The translations under genes and the position numbers were made by a program. From a virus: a DNA stretch of 64,000 nucleotides. Positions 58,300 to 64,000 of this stretch are shown one piece after another (within the stretch, counting starts at the first letter, position 1; each line of letters opens with the position of its first letter). The notes below the pieces were generated by a model. It ran no database searches. It saw only the letters and a program-made list of their open reading frames with translations, and had not been told where the DNA came from. The stretch covers positions 46,070 through 110,069 of the IMG/VR virus record IMGVR_UViG_3300032163_000003; one strand, 5' to 3'.

Positions 58300-58983
58300 T
58301 TATTTCTCCTTTCTAACTTCTATAAACTTTCTTATTTTATTTTCTATTTCTTTCATGTTTTTAAGTTCTTCTTCCCAAATAACTAAAGTACTATATCCGA
58401 ACTTAGAAAATATTTTCTTTCGTTCTTCTGGATCTTTTCCTCTATGCCAATAAGTTCCAAAGTGTTCTATTAATAATTTCTTTCCGTTTATACAAGTAAA
58501 ATCTGGATTCTTTCCGTTAATCCAAAAGGAATAATTTCCTGTATATTTCCATTCTCCTGGAAAAAGTTTATCTAGAATATTCAGAATCAAAGTTTCTGGT
58601 TTATTAGGTTTAACACGAAACCTCTTCCAAAATTCTTTACAAAATTCTGGGTCTTTAAAATTTTCTTTTGCTGACTTACTTTCTTTCCTTCTTTGTTCTA
58701 TTGTTTGTTTTCTTCCTCTTTGACCATCTCCAATTTTTGCTCTCCAGTCTTCTGAGTATGGTGGTCTTTTTCTTCCCATTAGTGGAGCAATTCTTTTCTC
58801 AATTATTTCTTTGGGTTGTACCTTTCCTGTATGTGAAATACATGATTTTTCCTTTATCTCTTTTGCTCTTTCTTCTCCATAAATATCTTCCCACGTTCTA
58901 CCTTTTTTGTTAGAAGTTTGGAGTCCTAATTTTCCTTTATTCCACGGAATATATCCTTTCTGAAATCCATTTCTATTTTTCAT
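58300..58983 (-). CDS. Homing-type endonuclease (NUMOD3-like repeats + Vsr-like domain)
   Basis: PWNKG, basic repeats, NPDF...IEHFGTYWH...LVIWE. Confidence 0.75.
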   Translation of the reverse strand: MKNRNGFQKGYIPWNKGKLGLQTSNKKGRTWEDIYGEERAKEIKEKSCISHTGKVQPKEIIEKRIAPLMGRKRPPYSEDWRAKIGDGQRGRKQTIEQRRKESKSAKENFKDPEFCKEFWKRFRVKPNKPETLILNILDKLFPGEWKYTGNYSFWINGKNPDFTCINGKKLLIEHFGTYWHRGKDPEERKKIFSKFGYSTLVIWEEELKNMKEIENKIRKFIEVRKEK

Positions 58984-58998
58984 ATAATAGATATTTCC

Positions 58999-61188
58999 TT
59001 AATAAAACCTTAGATTTTCATCTGCTTCAATTGAGTCGATTTGTCTATGTGAAATTATATAAATCGACTTATCGCAAATTAGAGATCTTAAAAGATTAGA
59101 GATATATCCAATGTTTTCATCATCCAATGAATCGAAAATTTCATCAAACAGAAGAATATTGAATTTAATATTTTGTATATTACTTTGTAAATCACAGAGA
59201 GTTAAGATCATACAAATATCTATAACTCTAGTTTGACCTCCAGATAATTTTTTTCTAGAATTTGCTTTCGTTTTACTGTCTAGTACATGTACAGAGATCT
59301 TATCTCTAAATTCTCCAGCCTTCGTTTCAGCTTGCGTATCTACAGAAGCTATATACCTCCCCCCTATTTTTTCTAAGTAGTTAGAAATTGTCAAATTCAT
59401 AAACGGAATTGCGTCGTCGATTAGCATACTTGGAATACCTGAAGAAGAAAAAGCATTTTTCCAGAAACTAATTATTTCTATCTCGACCTGTACAGATTCT
59501 CCAACCTCTTTCAAAGACAGAATTTCTTTCTCTATTTTTTCCTTTCTCTTTCCAAAGTCTTCCAATATTGTGCCATTAAATTCTTCAGCAGTTTTTCCCT
59601 CAACTAACTTATTTCCCATTTCAAGATCGTGTTCTAACTTCTTTCTCTCATCTAAATAATCTTTAACTTTCTGAATTGTGTCCTTTAACTGTTTTTGTAG
59701 TTGGGTAAGCTCATTACCCCTTTTGTATAAATCTGCTGTCTGTTCTTCGTTTCTCTTTTTCACTTCATTAATCTTCTTTGATTCTAACTCAGAAAGATCA
59801 GAGAGTTTCTTATTTAGTTCTTCTGTAATCTGTTTACTTTTAACACCATATTCCTCAAGAATCTTTCCTTTCTCAGACTGTAGTATTTCTTTGTTCTTTT
59901 GGACAACTTTTCTGGATCTTTCTAACTGAGGCACTAAAGGTTTGATTTGTTCCTTAACTACTTCAATTTCTACTAGAATTGCTTCTGCTTTATTCTCAAT
60001 CTCACTTTTGTGCTTCTTCAGTTCCTCTACAACGTCAAGATTAATTGGTTGCTTACAAGTTGGACAGATAGTTTTCTTCGAATCCAAATTTCCAAGTTTT
60101 GAAAGATCTTTTTCTAAAGATTCTTTTTTACTTTCAAGAACATTAATTCTTCCTTCTTGACTTGTTATAGATTTATCTAAAGCTGCGATTTCTTCCTCTA
60201 ACATACTTATAACATTTCCCAACTCGTCAGTAACTTTTATTGTTTCTAAATCTCTTTGTTGAGAACATTTTGATAATTGTCCTTGTGCTTCCTTTTGATA
60301 CTCTGATTCTACTAACTTTTTTTGACTTTTAATTCCTTCAATAATTGAGTTTAAAGAATTCATTAAAGTTGCTACTTCATGCTTACAAGATAATATTTCT
60401 TCACCAACTTTTCTTTCTCGAGACTCCAGATCTTCTAGGGGTTGTTCGGAATCAATTTTTGCTTTTATAAGTTGGAGAGACATTTCTAACTTTTGAATTT
60501 TTTCAGAAAGTAAAGATAGTTGCTCTTCTTTATCTTTATAAAACTTGACTTTTTCAACTAGTATCTTATCAATAGACTCAGTTGTCTGTTCTAGAAGCTT
60601 AGTTTGAACATCATATTTATTATGTAAGTCTGTAACTTTATCTCCAATCTTCTTCAAAACTTCATTAGATTCATTATACCACAGAACAAAATCATCTAAC
60701 TGTAAAACTTTCCTAAAGATATCTTTTTGTTCCGCGTCAGTCAAATCTGTGAAGAATGTTTTTACTTTCTGAGAGAATAGTAGCGTATTCATAAATAATT
60801 TTTGAGGAACTAGAATTCTCTCAACTTCTGGAAGTACTTCTGTATGTCCTTTCTTTGTTATTTGTCCATTTTTAGTTAGAAGAACACTGTTTCCATGCTT
60901 AGAATGTTTGCAATATCTATCGACTCGATATTCATCTTCGTCAATATCAAACAATAGCCAAACATGACAGTTCTTTTCAACTTCATCATTAACTACATCA
61001 TCTCCTCGCAATCCCTTACTCCCGACCCCGTAGAGAGCGTAAGGTATTGCGTCAAACATTGTAGACTTTCCACTCCCATTAGGACCGGTTACAAGAACTA
61101 CTTTATTGTTTTCAAATGTTAATTCCATGGGGTCTTTGAAGCAACAAAAGTTTACCATTCCAACTGACCTAAAGACCACATTTCTCAT
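58999..61188 (-). CDS. sbcC: SbcC/Rad50-like ATPase
   Basis: GPNGSGKS, coiled coils, CPTC hook, LSGGQ, LLFDEIFD, IISH. Confidence 0.93.
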   Translation of the reverse strand: MRNVVFRSVGMVNFCCFKDPMELTFENNKVVLVTGPNGSGKSTMFDAIPYALYGVGSKGLRGDDVVNDEVEKNCHVWLLFDIDEDEYRVDRYCKHSKHGNSVLLTKNGQITKKGHTEVLPEVERILVPQKLFMNTLLFSQKVKTFFTDLTDAEQKDIFRKVLQLDDFVLWYNESNEVLKKIGDKVTDLHNKYDVQTKLLEQTTESIDKILVEKVKFYKDKEEQLSLLSEKIQKLEMSLQLIKAKIDSEQPLEDLESRERKVGEEILSCKHEVATLMNSLNSIIEGIKSQKKLVESEYQKEAQGQLSKCSQQRDLETIKVTDELGNVISMLEEEIAALDKSITSQEGRINVLESKKESLEKDLSKLGNLDSKKTICPTCKQPINLDVVEELKKHKSEIENKAEAILVEIEVVKEQIKPLVPQLERSRKVVQKNKEILQSEKGKILEEYGVKSKQITEELNKKLSDLSELESKKINEVKKRNEEQTADLYKRGNELTQLQKQLKDTIQKVKDYLDERKKLEHDLEMGNKLVEGKTAEEFNGTILEDFGKRKEKIEKEILSLKEVGESVQVEIEIISFWKNAFSSSGIPSMLIDDAIPFMNLTISNYLEKIGGRYIASVDTQAETKAGEFRDKISVHVLDSKTKANSRKKLSGGQTRVIDICMILTLCDLQSNIQNIKFNILLFDEIFDSLDDENIGYISNLLRSLICDKSIYIISHRQIDSIEADENLRFY

Positions 61189-61919
61189 TTTGTTTTCTCC
61201 AATATCATTTGCATATCTTCTTTTACTTTTTCTTTCGACGGAAATTTATCGAACATAGTATATCTTATAAATTTCCATCCTTCTTGTTCTATTTCTTTTT
61301 GTCTTTTTTCATGATACTTTCTATGATCTTCTGTATCAAAGTGATAATAACCATCAAACTCTATTGCGATCTTATATTCTGGAATAACAACGTCTACATC
61401 ATAGTTAAGAATTTGATAAGTATATTCTGAAGTTGGATAAAGTTCTTTGACTATCATTCTAAGAGTTAGTTCATCTTTAGATACTCTCTTGATAAGTTTA
61501 TGGATTCGTGTCACTTCACGTTTCATAACTTCTGATTTCTTTTTTCTACCCTCTTCTGTAAGAAAGCATTTTCCTCTCAATTTATAATATCTTCTCTTTT
61601 TACCTTCTTCTGTTACGAAACTAGAAACGTAGAGAGCTCCACCATTTTTCATCCATTCAGACTGTCTTCTTACTCCTTCGTGTGTTTCTTTAGTAAATCC
61701 TTTAATAGAAGGGGATCTTCCTTTTAATTTCTCTGATACTTTCTTAAATCTCTCGTCATTCTCTTTAGTTCGTCCGATCATTTGTTTAGATAACTTTTTT
61801 GCTTGTCTCTTAACTCCTTCATTGTTTTCCTTGGTTTTTCCTCTTTGATTATGTCCATTGATATATTTATTTCCTTCTTTTATAACTCTTTGACCACACC
61901 CGCATAGACATAAATTCAT
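61185..61919 (-). CDS. Homing-type endonuclease (CxCGCG, TKE repeats, Vsr/DUF559-like domain)
   Basis: CLCGCGQ; IEFDGYYH...GWKFIRY. Confidence 0.75.
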   Translation of the reverse strand: MNLCLCGCGQRVIKEGNKYINGHNQRGKTKENNEGVKRQAKKLSKQMIGRTKENDERFKKVSEKLKGRSPSIKGFTKETHEGVRRQSEWMKNGGALYVSSFVTEEGKKRRYYKLRGKCFLTEEGRKKKSEVMKREVTRIHKLIKRVSKDELTLRMIVKELYPTSEYTYQILNYDVDVVIPEYKIAIEFDGYYHFDTEDHRKYHEKRQKEIEQEGWKFIRYTMFDKFPSKEKVKEDMQMILEKTK

Positions 61920-61921
61920 AG

Positions 61922-62530
61922 TTAAGTCCTCTCTACTACAAACTTTAGATAAATGTCTCTACTATCAAACAAATACGGAGTTACAAGCTGAACTATTTTA
62001 AACCTCCCTTCATATTCAAAGAAGTATTTTACTCTGTCTACTGTCCATATACTGGAGTGGGGGGAGTCGGGTTCATTTACAAGTTCTGTAGTAGTAATAA
62101 TATCTTCTTTGTCAAAATCTTTACTATTTACATCTTCTTGTAAGATTCTTTCTGCTAAAAGTTTATAGTCGGGAACAATCACTTCTACTTTCCCTCCTGG
62201 AACTATTGCAGAAGAAAGAAGATAGATAAAGTATAGAACGTCTGTTCTTTTTACATGCTCTAAGAATCTATAGATTACGATTCTATCAAACTGGATAATA
62301 CTTCTAGACAAAAAGTCAAAACAATCTTGGTTTATATAGCAAACTCTTCTTCCCTTCTTTCCTCCCTTTAGCCAACTGTGGTATTCAGACTCCAAAAGTT
62401 CGGGAGACGCAGTTGTGTAGTACATTTTATCCAAGTTTACTAGAAAGAAATCTTCTGGAAGTTCTTCCGGAAAAATCTTTCCGGCTGCTATGTTTAGAAT
62501 TATCTGGCTCTCTTGATTTGTTTTTTCCAT
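61922..62530 (-). CDS. Class I SAM-dependent methyltransferase-like protein
   Basis: ILNIAAG, FLEHV, PGGKVEVIVPD. Confidence 0.65.
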   Translation of the reverse strand: MEKTNQESQIILNIAAGKIFPEELPEDFFLVNLDKMYYTTASPELLESEYHSWLKGGKKGRRVCYINQDCFDFLSRSIIQFDRIVIYRFLEHVKRTDVLYFIYLLSSAIVPGGKVEVIVPDYKLLAERILQEDVNSKDFDKEDIITTTELVNEPDSPHSSIWTVDRVKYFFEYEGRFKIVQLVTPYLFDSRDIYLKFVVERT

Positions 62531-62672
62531 TTAAACTTCTCCATTCTTCTACAAAGTTCTTTACAAAGTTCGATACTGGTTCACACTGCTCACTACATAT
62601 TGATGCAACAATACATTGATAACATCTACTAAAATGAGCATTCTTTGGGATTGAAATGTTCTTCTTATCCAT
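62427..62672 (-). CDS. CX2CX5CX3C-motif family protein
   Basis: CYQCIVASICSEQC. Confidence 0.45.
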   Translation of the reverse strand: MDKKNISIPKNAHFSRCYQCIVASICSEQCEPVSNFVKNFVEEWRSLNGKNKSREPDNSKHSSRKDFSGRTSRRFLSSKLG

Positions 62673-62890
62673 CTTCTTTCATCCTTGGATCTTTTTTCTG
62701 ATTAGCTTGCCAAATAATAGTTCCATTATTACAAAAGTTCATCTTTTGAAGACAGTCCATACAGTAGACATTCATTTTATTATCCCAGTGAAAAATATTT
62801 TCTAAGGTTCCCGGACCATATTTTTTCTTACACCAATTACAAGTAAAATCGTCATTACTGAAACAAATAATATCATTGATCATTTTTCAC

Positions 62891-63937
62891 CTACTTTGTC
62901 TTTTCAGCAGTTGATAAAATTATCCCAAACGCTTTTTCCTTATAAATTCCCCATTTCTCTTTTGGAATTTCTTTAATTTCCAAAAATCTATTTAGTTTGT
63001 CTTCAGTAGACATGGAAGAAGTTATTCCTCTATTTGTTATATCTACTTCAGATTTATCGGAAAAACTTATTGAAGTTCTTTCCTTGGTGTCTAAACTTTT
63101 ACTAATCTCATTCCAATCAGTAGCTTTATCCTTAGTTACAAGTTTAACATAATGACCTTCAACTGAAAGTTCTTTTGCCTTTTCAAACATTTCTTGTTTG
63201 TTTTCTTTGGTTACAATAAGTTCAAAATGTTTCTTGTAACCCACTGTCGGAATGCTTTTAATAACACTAGTATCAGTATCAACTACCAAGAATCTTTTCT
63301 CTTCATGTTTTTCTCCCCAATCTTTCTGTGTTGGAGAACCCACATAATATATTTTGATTTTTTCATTCTCTAGTAATTGTGGTTTGTGGTAATGTGCTAG
63401 TAGACACACTTTGTACCTTCCAATTAGATCTTTTGCTCTAATGTCTGATACAATACTCACCCCCGAATTTAGAGTTGCTTCGCTAAGTCCAAAGTGTGCT
63501 ACTAGATATTCTGCTGAGTTCTTTTTGATTTCTTCTACCATCTTAGTAGAATAAGGTACAAATAATATCTTTTCAGAAAGTTCATTTGACACTTCGGGGA
63601 ACCTAAATACATTCTTTTCATTGAATACTCTTAGAGAAGAAAATACATTCTCTCCCTTTCCAGAAAGATCGTGATTTCCATCAATCATGAAGAAGTTAAG
63701 TTTTGGGAAATCCCTAAAGAAATCAAGTAAGATGTTTTGTGCTAAACTATAAATTAACGACTTGTTATGTAGCAAATCCCCTCCAATTATTATTTTATCT
63801 ATCTCATTTTGAATACAGTAATTAGCGAGTTCATAAACAGAAGTTTTAATTTCGTAAACTCTTTCTGGGAGATTGCTTACAATTTTATCTTGAGAATAAC
63901 CACTTAAGTGAAGATCTGCAGTATAAGCAAATCGCAT
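62891..63937 (-). CDS. sbcD: SbcD/Mre11-like nuclease
   Basis: ADLH, GGDLLH, GNHD, HYHKPQ, YVGSP. Confidence 0.92.
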   Translation of the reverse strand: MRFAYTADLHLSGYSQDKIVSNLPERVYEIKTSVYELANYCIQNEIDKIIIGGDLLHNKSLIYSLAQNILLDFFRDFPKLNFFMIDGNHDLSGKGENVFSSLRVFNEKNVFRFPEVSNELSEKILFVPYSTKMVEEIKKNSAEYLVAHFGLSEATLNSGVSIVSDIRAKDLIGRYKVCLLAHYHKPQLLENEKIKIYYVGSPTQKDWGEKHEEKRFLVVDTDTSVIKSIPTVGYKKHFELIVTKENKQEMFEKAKELSVEGHYVKLVTKDKATDWNEISKSLDTKERTSISFSDKSEVDITNRGITSSMSTEDKLNRFLEIKEIPKEKWGIYKEKAFGIILSTAEKTK

Positions 63938-64000
63938 TCTGTTCTCCTATGACATTCTTGCTGTAGAAATAAGTTTAGGTTTTAAGTTATCGGGAAGTTT

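Overview
64 kb of a large, AT-rich bacteriophage (jumbo-phage-like) genome. Essentially all genes are on the minus strand, and the SD sites and tRNA identity elements are bacterial. In transcription order (right to left) it carries: SbcD/SbcC (Mre11/Rad50), a radical SAM enzyme, and a prokaryotic ubiquitin-like operon (giant E2-like protein, JAB, E1, HeH-Ubl fusion, then a second E1 and a mini-E2). That operon leads directly into unsplit beta' and beta subunits of a phage multisubunit RNA polymerase. Next come a dispersed set of about 22 tRNAs, RNA and DNA ligases, NADAR, SpoU, FolE2, a nuclease-methyltransferase fusion, about 12 free-standing homing-type endonucleases and two expanded small Cys-motif protein families. 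Most notable: (1) the Ubl conjugation operon beside the RNAP. (2) Apparent tRNA-replacement cassettes: an orphan tRNA 5' half broken at the anticodon, a promoter-like motif with an SD-occluding hairpin, an endonuclease ORF, then a complete tRNA of the same amino acid that overlaps the ORF's stop codon. (3) Three tRNAs with C at the invariant U33. (4) ORFs whose stop codons or N-termini lie inside tRNA genes. (5) Three unexplained structured RNAs of about 130 nt. All calls come from manual motif reading and folding; no database searches were run.
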